Below, piece after piece: positions 42,563-52,509 of a DNA stretch of 64,000 nt. This DNA is from an uncultured delta proteobacterium (GTDB lineage Bacteria > Myxococcota_A > Polyangia > Fen-1088), in contig CAWCMR010000025.1 of assembly GCA_963796685.1 (NCBI GenBank), positions 320,001-384,000 of the forward strand, given 5' to 3'. Below the pieces are notes generated by a model. It was not told where the DNA came from. It searched no databases and was given only the letters and a program-made list of their open reading frames with translations. Every line of letters begins with the position of its first letter. Position 1 is the first letter of the stretch. Both the position numbers and the translations under genes were made by a program.

Positions 42563-45340
42563 TCACGAATTCTCCTCGTCGTTGGCGAATGGCTCGCTAC
42601 CGGCCGGGCGATTTGGCCGAACGGCTTCGGGCTCCCCGATGGCCGAATCAGCCTCATTCGAATCTTCATCTTCCTGGTCGGCCCCAGCCAGCGATGCGAG
42701 CCGGCCGTAGGGCACATTCTGGAAGATCATCTCGACCGCTCCGCTGGCTTCCGTAACCCGAAGTGAGTAGGACAGATCCTTCCAAAGATCGTCAAAGAGC
42801 AGATCAACCGTCTCGTTATCTGGTTCCATGTCGTCACGGACGGTCAGCGTGATGGAGATGGAGCAATCCGACGACGTCAGGATGAACTTCGCGTCCATTT
42901 GCTCCGCATGTTTGGGAAGCATGTCGATGCGCACCCACAGCGGTCCCTTCTCTCGTGAGACGCCCCTTTTCGTCGCCATTTCCTGCGATGGCTGGCTATC
43001 GCTAGTATCATCCGCGCCTGAAGCAGCCCTGTGCTTGCGCGCGGTCGGAGATTTGGGTGGCGACTTGGCCTCGTCGACATTCGCCTTCTGCGGCCCCGAG
43101 GACTTGCGCCTTTTTCCCTTCACCCCTTCCGCCTCCTGCAGCTTCAGCGTGCTCTTGCCTTTGATGGTGCACACGCCGTCGGCTTCGATGGTCACGGTCT
43201 TGCTTTTCATGGCGACGGTCTCTTCGCCCATGGCCACCACGCTGCCGGCGCCGGCGGCGGCGGTCACGGCGGGGCTGGCGATGGCGACGCCTCCAGGCAG
43301 GATGGCCAGCGAGCTGGCGCCGCACACGAACTTGATCCCCGTCGGCGAGTCGAACGTCGCCTTGCCCGTCTTGTCCAGGCAAACCGTGGCGCCCCCGGTT
43401 TGCAGCGTGATCGTGCCAGCCGAGTCCACGGTCATGTTGGTGCCCTTGAAGGTCATGCTGGTCGCGCCCTGGTTGAGCTGGAATTTCTTGTCGGTGGTCA
43501 GCTTGTGGGCCAGCCGCACGTGCTCGTCCTTGTTCTTCTCGGCGAAGAGCTCTTGATTGCCGTCCACCTTGCGACTGTGGTCGCCGCCGTAGAGCTGCGT
43601 GACCGGGCCGGTCACCGTCTTGTCGTGCGTGCCGCCGATGACCACGCTGTCGTTCGTGTCGACGGTGAGCTGGCGCTCGTTTTTCACCAGATTGGTTTCG
43701 TCGTTGCCTACGACGATGCCGCGGTTCACGCCGACGTGCAGGGTCTGGTCGTGCTTGACCAGCGTCGACATGTCCTTCTCGGCCTGCAAGTGCAGCTCTT
43801 CCTGACCTTTCCTATCTTCGAAGCGCAGCTCGTTGAAGTTGCTCGCCGTGCCGCCCTTGCTGCTGCGGCTCTTGATGCCGCTCTGGGTTTGATTGGCCGG
43901 CAGATCGTACGGCGGCAGGTTGTCTTTGTTGAACAGGCTGCCCGTGATAATGGGCCGGTCCGGATCGCCGTCGAGAAACGCCACGATCACTTCCTGGCCG
44001 ACGCGCGGCAGGTATTGCGCGCCGAACCTTCCCCCCGACCACGCCTGCGCCACGCGTATCCAGCACGACGACTTCTCGTCGCGCTCGCCCAGCCGATCCC
44101 AGTCGAACTGCACCATCACGCGTCCGTGCTTGTCGGTCCAAATCTCCTCGTTCGCGGGGCCCACCACCAACGCTGTCTGTCGGCCCGGCATGTGCGGCTT
44201 GCGCGTGACCCGGGCCGGGCGAAACTGCGTGTGGCTGTCGAGCAACTGGTAGGTCGCCTTGAACGGCTCGTCGCTGAAGGTCACGTCGCCGGTCTCGTAT
44301 TGATCCACGCTCAGGCGGTAGCTCGCGCCGACCACCAGGTACTGCTTGCCGAAATCCTCTTCGCTCCAGAACGGCTCGCCGTCGGCCCCCTCCGGTCCCG
44401 GGCGCAGAGAGACAAGGTTGCCAAGCCCCAGTCCCATGGTGTTGCCTTCCACCTCGACGACGGTGCTCTCCACCCGCCCCACCTGCGAGCGCACCGTCGC
44501 ATCCTGCTGTGCCTCTTCGGAGTCGTAGAGCCCGCCCGGATAGTCGTAGTGCTCGAACGGGGAGCCCGTCACCAGAGCCTCCGACGTGCCCCGCCCGAAT
44601 TGAAGCTGTCTCGGCCGCAGCGCCGTCGGGTCGTAGCCACTCAGCACCGTGTGGCGGCCGGGATAGAGCGCCCGGCGCACCTTCATGCCCCAGAAGTGCT
44701 CTTCCGAGCCGGCGACCCGCCGCTCTTGCGCGGTGTACAGAATCGATTCGTAGCCGTCGACGGCCTCGTGCCCGGTGATGGCATCGGCCAGCACCAAGGT
44801 GTGCTTGCTCTCCTCGTGCTTGAAGAAATAGTAGATCCCTTCTTCTTCCAGCAAGCGCTGCACGAAATTCAGATCGCTCTCGCGGTACTGCACGCAGAAT
44901 TCGCGCGCGCGGTAGACATGGTCCTGGATCGACCCCGATTCGACGTCGCCGAGCCCGCGCTTGGCCAGCACCGATTTCACGATGGTCAGCGCGTCCTGCG
45001 CGGGATCGTTGAAGACGCGGCAGTCGAAGGTGTGGTCGAACAGGCTCAGCACCGGCCGCAGCTCGGCCGCGTAGCGCGTGTGCAGTTGCGTGGCCCCGCC
45101 TTTGTGGAACCCGGTTACGATACCGTGAAAGAAGCGCTCCTTGCCGGTGTTCAAGTGGATGCCGACGGCAAGCGGCTGGCCGAGCACGTCGTCGGGATCG
45201 AGGTTCGGCTCCTTCGAGAGCAGGCCGAGCTCGAACCGGTACGGCCACCCCAGCGCCTCGTGCCCGCGCAGGGTCTCGAGGAGCAAGACGCCCCTCGGGA
45301 AAGGCCCCGTCACCGAGGTATCACGTCCGAGAAGCGCCAT
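42563..45340 (-). CDS. vgrG: Type VI secretion spike protein VgrG with DUF2345-like region and C-terminal extension
   Basis: REFCVQYRESDLNFVQRLLEEEGIYYFF, EIWTDKHGRV.VQFDWDR, SSCWIRVAQ, PRVGQEVIVAFLDGDPDRP, NELRFED.KGQEE. Confidence 0.97.
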   Translation of the reverse strand: MALLGRDTSVTGPFPRGVLLLETLRGHEALGWPYRFELGLLSKEPNLDPDDVLGQPLAVGIHLNTGKERFFHGIVTGFHKGGATQLHTRYAAELRPVLSLFDHTFDCRVFNDPAQDALTIVKSVLAKRGLGDVESGSIQDHVYRAREFCVQYRESDLNFVQRLLEEEGIYYFFKHEESKHTLVLADAITGHEAVDGYESILYTAQERRVAGSEEHFWGMKVRRALYPGRHTVLSGYDPTALRPRQLQFGRGTSEALVTGSPFEHYDYPGGLYDSEEAQQDATVRSQVGRVESTVVEVEGNTMGLGLGNLVSLRPGPEGADGEPFWSEEDFGKQYLVVGASYRLSVDQYETGDVTFSDEPFKATYQLLDSHTQFRPARVTRKPHMPGRQTALVVGPANEEIWTDKHGRVMVQFDWDRLGERDEKSSCWIRVAQAWSGGRFGAQYLPRVGQEVIVAFLDGDPDRPIITGSLFNKDNLPPYDLPANQTQSGIKSRSSKGGTASNFNELRFEDRKGQEELHLQAEKDMSTLVKHDQTLHVGVNRGIVVGNDETNLVKNERQLTVDTNDSVVIGGTHDKTVTGPVTQLYGGDHSRKVDGNQELFAEKNKDEHVRLAHKLTTDKKFQLNQGATSMTFKGTNMTVDSAGTITLQTGGATVCLDKTGKATFDSPTGIKFVCGASSLAILPGGVAIASPAVTAAAGAGSVVAMGEETVAMKSKTVTIEADGVCTIKGKSTLKLQEAEGVKGKRRKSSGPQKANVDEAKSPPKSPTARKHRAASGADDTSDSQPSQEMATKRGVSREKGPLWVRIDMLPKHAEQMDAKFILTSSDCSISITLTVRDDMEPDNETVDLLFDDLWKDLSYSLRVTEASGAVEMIFQNVPYGRLASLAGADQEDEDSNEADSAIGEPEAVRPNRPAGSEPFANDEENS

Positions 45341-45554
45341 GGCTGGATGGTTACTCTAGTCTCTAGCCTCGCGGCGTCAAGAACGATGGCCAGGGCGCTC
45401 GGCCGGTGCGGGAGATTTCGATGGCAGGGCCGGTCTTGGAACGGATTCGAACCAGAGCTCCGGTTCGATGGACAAAAGGGCCATATCGCGCTAGGTGAGG
45501 CGAAAAGAAATGGCGGTGGCAGGTTCGTGGGCCACCAGGGAGTGTGCAAGCAAA

Positions 45555-46883
45555 GTGAGAATCCAACTCATTTACCCTGATCCGAACCCTGGGGTTGCGC
45601 TGAGCGGACGAAAGATCGAAAGCGCCGCGCTCCAACTCCTGGGGGCGATAACTCCGCCTGAGCATGAGGTCTCCATCGTGCAGGAACATCTGGGGGATCC
45701 GGTACGCTTCCACGACAGCGACGTGGATTTGGTCGGCATCACCGCCATGACCATCCAGGCCCGGCGCGCCTACGAGCTTGCCGACGGATTTCGCAGCGCG
45801 GGCAAGAAGGTCGTCCTTGGCGGCATTCATCCCTCCGTTCAACCGGACGAGGCGCTACAGCACGCAGACGCTGTCGTCGTAGGCGAGGCGGAGCCCGTGT
45901 GGTCGCAGGTTCTCGCCGACGCGGAGGCCGGGCGTCTGCATGGCGCGTACCGCGGGCAGACCTACGCGGATCTCACCCACCTTCCGCCCTACCGGCGCGA
46001 CCTCCTTCCCAAGCCGTCGTCCTTCTCGCTCCGCTCCGTGCAGGCAGCACGAGGCTGTCCCTACGATTGCTCGTTCTGCTCGGCCACGCTTTTCACGGGC
46101 CGCAAGTATCGCTTCCGTCCCGTGGAAGATGTCATCGCAGAGATCAGAGGGCTGAAGGCGCGCGCCGTTTTCTTCGTCGACGACAACATCTTTTCCAACG
46201 ATGCGTACTGCCGCGCGCTTTTCTCCGAGCTCAGGAAGCTGAATGTCATTTGGGTCGGACAGGCGTCGTTGCATCTCACCGCGAGCAATCCCGGCCTGCT
46301 CGATCTCGCCGCCAAGAGCGGCTGCGTTTCTCTCTTCGTCGGCATCGAATCGCTTTCCGAGTGCAACCTGCGGACCACCGGTGCGCTGGCGAAGAACCAA
46401 GCGTCGACGCCCGCAGAGATGGGCAGGAGCATTCGCGTCTTGCACGATCACGGTATTTTGGTCATGGCCGGCGTGATCTTCGGTTTCGATGACGACGATC
46501 CCGAGGTATTCGATCGCACGCGGGAGTTCCTCTTCCAGAACCGGGTGGGCCTTGGATCCTTTTCGGCCCTGACACCCTTTCCAGGGACCAGGCTATTCGC
46601 GGAACTGCAGGCCCAGTCGCGCATCACGACCTACGATTGGTCGAAGTACGACGGCACGACCGCCGTGTTTCTTCCCAAACGAATGACCCCCGAGCAATTG
46701 CAGGAAGGCACGCGCCGCATCGGCGTGAACTTCTACAGCACTCCCAGGATTCTGCGCCGCTTTTGGACGAACCGACATCATCCCTTCATCTACCTGGCCA
46801 CCAGCTTCGCCTGGAGGCACACGTGCAGGATGGAGAACAAGGTGCCGTTCTTCGCCCGCAGCGGTTCGTGGAAGAAACGTTAA
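45555..46883 (+). CDS. B12-binding domain radical SAM protein
   Basis: VVLGGIHPS, GEAE, RGCPYDCSFC (CxxxCxxC), FVDDN, GIES, TPFPGT. Confidence 0.93.
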   Translation: MRIQLIYPDPNPGVALSGRKIESAALQLLGAITPPEHEVSIVQEHLGDPVRFHDSDVDLVGITAMTIQARRAYELADGFRSAGKKVVLGGIHPSVQPDEALQHADAVVVGEAEPVWSQVLADAEAGRLHGAYRGQTYADLTHLPPYRRDLLPKPSSFSLRSVQAARGCPYDCSFCSATLFTGRKYRFRPVEDVIAEIRGLKARAVFFVDDNIFSNDAYCRALFSELRKLNVIWVGQASLHLTASNPGLLDLAAKSGCVSLFVGIESLSECNLRTTGALAKNQASTPAEMGRSIRVLHDHGILVMAGVIFGFDDDDPEVFDRTREFLFQNRVGLGSFSALTPFPGTRLFAELQAQSRITTYDWSKYDGTTAVFLPKRMTPEQLQEGTRRIGVNFYSTPRILRRFWTNRHHPFIYLATSFAWRHTCRMENKVPFFARSGSWKKR

Positions 46884-46907
46884 GCCACCTGCGTCCCGCA
46901 AAATCGA

Positions 46908-48579
46908 CTATTTGCCAAGCTCGCGGCAGTCGCGCTCGGCGCGCTGGCGCTTGTCGGCAGGGGCATCGGGCAGGCGCTTGTAGGCCTCGGCCAGGCTGCA
47001 GTGCACGCTCGGGATCGTAGGGATTGATGGCCAGGGAAAGCAAGAGCGGCGCGACCGCAGCCTTGGCATCGCCCTTGGCCAGGTCGGCCTGGCCGGCAAT
47101 CAAGTGTGGCCAAGGCAATTCCGGATAGGTCGCCTCCGCGCCGCTCACGACCTTGAGGGCGCGGTCGGCCTCGCCCAGGGCCAGGTAGGTACGCCCCAGC
47201 TTCACGGGGAAGATCCAGTGCGAGCTGCCGGCAAGCTTGTATCCCTTTTCGTACTCCGCGCTGGCCGCGAGCGCCCGGTTGCGCAGGAGCAGCATGTTGC
47301 CCAGGCGCAAGAAGCGCTCGGCTTCGCCCGCGGTCGACGAGGCGTCGTCCTCGCTGAGCACGCTGGCGGTGGAGACGCCCTTCTTCTTGTACTTGGGGAC
47401 GATGGGATCGAGACCGGGCAGGATCTTGTAGTGTAGGCCCACCATGAATTGCCGCCAGGCGCGCTCGAAGTCGGACCAGGTGCCGCTGCCACCGTAGGCC
47501 CGCGCCACCGCCAAGCGCGCATCGCCCCCGTCGCGCACGGTGGCCAACACCTCGCGCAGGGCCGCGCTGCCTCCCTTGGCGAAGAGACAGGCAATGGCCG
47601 TGGTGACCTCGGCGAAGGCCAGGGTAGCGTCTTCCGCGCGCGGCAGCTTGGCCATGGACGGGTGCATGGCATCGAAGGGGATGAGCTTGCCGCTCGATAG
47701 GGCCTTGGCCAGGAAGTGTTGCATGGAAGGATTGAGCGAAAGCCCCGCGGGCATGCGCCAGCGGTGCTCGAGAAACTTGGCGTAGCCTTCCTGCAACCAC
47801 ACCGGCGCGCGGTCGTGGGTCAGGGCCGCGACGACGTAGTGGATGAATTCGTGCGACAGGCTGTCCCGCCACTCGTAACCGAGCCGCATGGCGCGCGGGC
47901 TGGTGAGCATGATGCGGCTCCACTTGGACACCGCGACCGTGCCCGTGCGCTCGATCTCGTCGTCGGTCAGCGTGGTCATGGTGGCCAGATCCGCGCCGTT
48001 GCGAAGGATGTCGACCGGGATGGGCCGCGACGGCTGGTAGCCAAGATCGCCGGCCAGGGCGGTGGCCGCGGCTTCGAGGGTTTCGAGGCCATAGTCGGCG
48101 AGCACGCTGTCCTCGGCAGGAAAGCGGAACACGAAGTGCGCCGACCTGCGTTCGAGGTAGCCGTGGACGACCTTGGCCGAGCCCTCGGCCAGGGCCATCA
48201 TCTCCTTGAGCGGCGCCGGTGCCGCGTTGTCGCCGAGTGCGGCCTTGTATTCGGCCACGGCGGCTCGAAAATCGCCGGCCATGAATCGTTCATAGCCTTG
48301 GGCCAGCAGCGTGCCGGGCTCACCGGGGTGTGTCTTGACCAGCGTGGCCAGGGCGCTGTCGGCCTCGTCGAAGCGCCACTCCGAATACAAGTGCTCGACG
48401 CTCGCCGATTCGCTGCCCGCGAGTGCTGGGGTGGCGAGCAGAAAGAATTTCACCACAGAGAGCGCAGAGAGCGCAGAGAGCACCGAATCAGAAATGGTTC
48501 GGATCCAGAATCCGACAGCCCCCTCTGCTCCGGCCTCTGTGCTCTCTGCGTCTCTGTGGTGAACCCTTCCACCCGTCAT
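46908..48579 (-). CDS. Secreted peptidase MA-like (gluzincin) TPR protein; 1-bp frameshift near 47011-47013
   Basis: SHEFIH...WLQEGYA zinc motif. The last TPR LAINPYDP continues as SVHCSLAEAY in another frame (TAC GAT CCCG AGC has one extra C). ATGA-coupled start at 48579. Confidence 0.82.
48449..48563. repeat. CACAGAG-arm palindromic repeat, copy C (inside the 5' end of the gluzincin gene)
   Basis: Perfect 12-bp terminal inverted repeat TTCACCACAGAG/CTCTGTGGTGAA; central TTCGGATCCAGAATCCGA. Confidence 0.88.
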
Positions 48580-51560
48580 CGCACCAGCTCCTCGTAGTAG
48601 TGGCGGACCTCGTCGCGGAATTTCTCGGGCGCCTTTTCGCGCATGGCCTCCATCAGCTCCTGGCGCCATTCGCGCGGGGCCTTGCTGGCGTCGGCCTCGG
48701 GGATGCGCACGGGCTCGCGGCTGGGACGTGAGCCTTCGCTCGGGTTGCGTCCGAGGCTTTGGCGCAACTTCGCCAGGCGCTGGGCGACCTCGTCGGCGCG
48801 GCCCGCGCCTTCGTGGGCTGCGCCCTGCTGCAGGTCCTCGCTGGCCTGGCGCATCTGACCGGCGATCTCCTCGAGCTCTGCCGCCGTTCCCTCGGCGCCC
48901 GGCACGGATTCCGTCTTGCCGCCAAGATCGTGCGAGAGGCCACGCGTCTTGTCCTCGATGCTGCTCTGGCGCTGGCCCAGGCTGTGCGTGCGCGCGCGCT
49001 GCTCGGCCGACATGACATCGCTACCGCGCGGAACCAGGCGGGACAGGTCGGCGGAAAGCTCGCGCGCCAATCCGGCGGCTTCCTCCACCTGGCCGTCGAA
49101 GGCGAGGAGTCCCTGCGACGGCGGCCGGCCCTGCGCGACCTGACGGCCGGTCAGATGTTGCAAGTGCCCGAGCTCGGTTTCCATGCGCTCGGCCTCGCTC
49201 TCGGCCTCGCTCCACTCCTTGGCCGGGAGCAGCCGGCGCAGCTGGCGTACATTCTCTCGCGCCGCCCCGACGACCGATTCGGCCGAGCTGCCGAGCTCGC
49301 GTGGAAGCCCGCCCGCTATCTTGCGCTGGATCTGCTCGAGCTTCTGTTTGGCCTTGGCCAAGAGCTCGGCCTGTTGCGCCTCCATACGCCGGGCCAGCTC
49401 GGCGTCTACCTCCTTGGCCAGCGAGCGCCCGTCGTCGGCCAGCGAGCGCTGGTCGCCTTCGAGGTCGCCAAGCTTGCGCGCGAGCTCGGCCACGGCGCGG
49501 GTTTCCTGCGGGAAGCGGGCGTTGCCGAAATCCCCGGCGTTCTTGTCCAACATATCGCGCAGCGAGGACAGGGAATCGCCCAGCTCGGACAGAGCGTCTT
49601 CGAGCGATTTCACGTCCCCCTTGGCCAAGAGGGAATCGAGCCGCGCGGCCTGCTCCATCGCCTTGCGTGTATCCGGCACGTTCATGAAGTCCGGGCTGAC
49701 CTCGTTGCGCGCCTTGACCTCGGCGATCTTGTGCGCCAGCTCGCCGATGCGCGCCCGCAGCTCGCGCACCTCACGTTCGATCTGGCGGCGTAGCTGCTCG
49801 TCGCCGGTGGCCTTGTAGCGTTCGAGCAGATCCTGCAGGCGTTTGTGCGCGTCCACCAGCTCCTTGCCAATGCCGGCCAGATCGTCGAGCTGCTGGCGAC
49901 CGATGAGATCGTCGAGCGCAAGCACGGCCGTTTCCAGCTCGGCAACGTGCCGAGGCGCGGCCACGTGGGTGCGCGCCCACAAAGCGGCGACGCCACCCGC
50001 GCGCTCGCCCTTGCCCGCAAACAAGGCCAGCACCTCTTCCTCGTCGTGCATCAGCTTTCCCAACCGCGCCGTCGCCGTGAGAAGCGGGCCGCCGAGGAGC
50101 TTGTTCGCGCCGCTCGCCGTGCGCCGCTGCGCGACGAGGCGCCCGAGCCCGACCAAGCTCGCCGTCTCGCCGTCGTGGACCTCGCGCAGCCGCGCGGACC
50201 GATCGGGTTCGTTGCCGGACGTGTCTTCCAGCTCGATGCGATCGGCGAGCGTCGCGATGAGCTTTTCCAAGACCTCGCGCTCGCGCAAGAGGTGCTCTTC
50301 CTGATCCTCACGCGGGTTCTGGATGACGAGGTAGAGCGTGCGCGACACGCCGACCTTGCTGCCCGACACCTCGTCCCGATCCTTGGCTTCGATGTGGTAC
50401 GCGACGCGCGCACCGGGGGTCAGCATGGCGCTGGCCGGTTCGAAGGTCGTGGTGGCCCGCACGTCGCGCATGCCTTGCGCGTTCTTGAGCAACTGACGCT
50501 GCTCGGGTCCGTCGTTCACGCGGTACACGAGCGCGATCTCGGCCAGACCGAAGTCGTCGCGCGCGTGGTAGCCGACCTCGACCGGCCTGGGGGTGGCCAG
50601 CTCCAGTCGGTCCGCGGCGGCGACGACGTCGACTTCGGGCGGCTGATCGCTCTCGACCACGATGCGATGGGCGCGCTCCTCGCGCAGCGGCCGACCTAGA
50701 AAGGGCAGCAGCCAAACCCGGTAGGCGCCGTTCTCCTCGAGCGCGAGCGTGGCCGTGAGCTTGCCATGGTCGAGATTGGCCGAAAGAGCACCCTTCTCTC
50801 CGCTGTCGCCCAGCAGAAGCCGCGCCTGGCGGGCCGAGCGCAGCGGACGCATCTCGATCTGGACGCGCGTGCCGCGCAAGGCGTGCAGGTCGCCCGTCGA
50901 GCCTTCGATGATCTGGCGCGACAGACCGGTGTAGGCCGGATAGTCGTAGGTGACGCGAACGTCGCCCACCAGCGGCTCGCGGATCGCCAGCGCGCCCTCG
51001 AACAGCGTGGGTGTGTGAAAAAGGGTGCGCATGCCACGCCCCACGGCGGACGGAAAAACCAGCAGTGCAACCAACAGGGCAAACGACGAAGCGGCCCCGA
51101 CGAACACCGCGCGGACCGCGCGATCGAGCGGGATGAGATCCGCGGAGGCGATGGGCTGCGTGGCATCGGCCACCGTGGCGAAAAAGGCATCGGTCATCTC
51201 CGCCGAGATACCCGTGTCGCCAGTCGGCGCGGATTGCAGCTCCACCGCGGAAAGCAGGTCGCTGGCCAGAAGCGGTCGCTTCTTACCCACCAGGCGCGCG
51301 ACCTCGGAAGGTTGCTCGAGCGCGCGCGCGGGCCACACCCACCCGAGCGCGATGGCGCCGGCCACGCAAGCCGCGATGGTGCCGAAAGCCACATACGGCC
51401 ACGAAACCGCCGGGCCAGTCATGGCCGCCACGAGGGCAAGCAGGAGAAAGGCCAACACCAAGAGCGCGAAGGCGTGGCCGCCAGCCCGGATGCCGGTCTC
51501 CAGCAGCGCCCGGCTGCGTGCTTGACGCAGAAAGGAGTGGATGCGCTCTCGGTCGGTCAT
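48576..51560 (-). CDS. DUF4175-like membrane-anchored coiled-coil protein
   Basis: N-terminal TMs, YPAYTG, Ig-like segment with ARDDFGL, long coiled coil, C-terminal VRHYYEELVR. Confidence 0.75.
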   Translation of the reverse strand: MTDRERIHSFLRQARSRALLETGIRAGGHAFALLVLAFLLLALVAAMTGPAVSWPYVAFGTIAACVAGAIALGWVWPARALEQPSEVARLVGKKRPLLASDLLSAVELQSAPTGDTGISAEMTDAFFATVADATQPIASADLIPLDRAVRAVFVGAASSFALLVALLVFPSAVGRGMRTLFHTPTLFEGALAIREPLVGDVRVTYDYPAYTGLSRQIIEGSTGDLHALRGTRVQIEMRPLRSARQARLLLGDSGEKGALSANLDHGKLTATLALEENGAYRVWLLPFLGRPLREERAHRIVVESDQPPEVDVVAAADRLELATPRPVEVGYHARDDFGLAEIALVYRVNDGPEQRQLLKNAQGMRDVRATTTFEPASAMLTPGARVAYHIEAKDRDEVSGSKVGVSRTLYLVIQNPREDQEEHLLREREVLEKLIATLADRIELEDTSGNEPDRSARLREVHDGETASLVGLGRLVAQRRTASGANKLLGGPLLTATARLGKLMHDEEEVLALFAGKGERAGGVAALWARTHVAAPRHVAELETAVLALDDLIGRQQLDDLAGIGKELVDAHKRLQDLLERYKATGDEQLRRQIEREVRELRARIGELAHKIAEVKARNEVSPDFMNVPDTRKAMEQAARLDSLLAKGDVKSLEDALSELGDSLSSLRDMLDKNAGDFGNARFPQETRAVAELARKLGDLEGDQRSLADDGRSLAKEVDAELARRMEAQQAELLAKAKQKLEQIQRKIAGGLPRELGSSAESVVGAARENVRQLRRLLPAKEWSEAESEAERMETELGHLQHLTGRQVAQGRPPSQGLLAFDGQVEEAAGLARELSADLSRLVPRGSDVMSAEQRARTHSLGQRQSSIEDKTRGLSHDLGGKTESVPGAEGTAAELEEIAGQMRQASEDLQQGAAHEGAGRADEVAQRLAKLRQSLGRNPSEGSRPSREPVRIPEADASKAPREWRQELMEAMREKAPEKFRDEVRHYYEELVR

Positions 51561-51838
51561 CGGCTCACGGAGTATAGCCTTACGAAGCGCGTGCGCGGAG
51601 GACACATCAGCGGTTCGAGGAGGCGATTATCCCACCTGCTCAAATGAACAGTTAAAAAGCGGTCCCGACCTTGCACAAGGATGTTTCCGTCATGCAAACA
51701 ACTGGAGAAATCGGGACCTTCCAGCGCCAGCGCGCAGAAGCGCCACACCAGGCGGTGGCATTTACGCTCACGGATTCCGAGACCCCAGAACGTCCCGCAT
51801 CACGACAGCCACGTCGCGTTACGACGACCCAAGGATGC

Positions 51839-52435
51839 ATGGACGAAGCGAGCACAATAGATAGCCTGGTCGAGCGCTCCCAGGCTGGCGACGCTGGGGC
51901 CCTGAACGCGTTGCTCTTGGCCATGCGGCCCCGGGCTCTGGCCGCGGCACTGAAAGTCCTGCACCATCGCGACGATGCCGAGGACGCCGTCCAAGATGCG
52001 TTCCTCAAGGTGTGGCGCTGCCTCGCCACCTTCGAGGGCCGCTCGTCCTTCTCGACGTGGATCCATCGCATCGTCACGAACTCCAGCTTGGATGTGCTGC
52101 GCAGGAACGTCGGCCGCTCGGAGACCGTCGAGCGTGCCGAAGGGCAAGAGGTCTCCCTGTCCGACCGCGAGCCCAGCCATGAGCAGACCCCCGAATCGCA
52201 ACTTTGCGGTTACGAGCTCCAGATGCTGGTGCGCACCGCGGTGGCCACGCTGCCGGCACCGCATCGCCAGGCTGTCGAGCTTCGTGAGTTCGACGACTGC
52301 TCGTATCAGGAGATGGCCGAGATCATCCAATGTCCCGTGGGAACGGTCATGTCCAGGCTCCATCACGCTCGGCAAAAGCTCGCCAACGAGCTGCGCGACC
52401 CGCGAGAAGATTGGCGCCACCGCTGCGCCGCCTGA
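51839..52435 (+). CDS. ECF RNA polymerase sigma factor (start may lie further upstream)
   Basis: DAEDAVQDAFLKVW, FSTWIHRIVTN, SYQEMAEI..CPVGTVMSRLHHAR. Confidence 0.95.
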   Translation: MDEASTIDSLVERSQAGDAGALNALLLAMRPRALAAALKVLHHRDDAEDAVQDAFLKVWRCLATFEGRSSFSTWIHRIVTNSSLDVLRRNVGRSETVERAEGQEVSLSDREPSHEQTPESQLCGYELQMLVRTAVATLPAPHRQAVELREFDDCSYQEMAEIIQCPVGTVMSRLHHARQKLANELRDPREDWRHRCAA

Positions 52436-52509
52436 AGCGGCCGGTCAACATCTGCGAAAACAGACGTTAGCAGCCCAACCATCTCTGGGTACAATGGCGC
52501 TTCTTTGCC

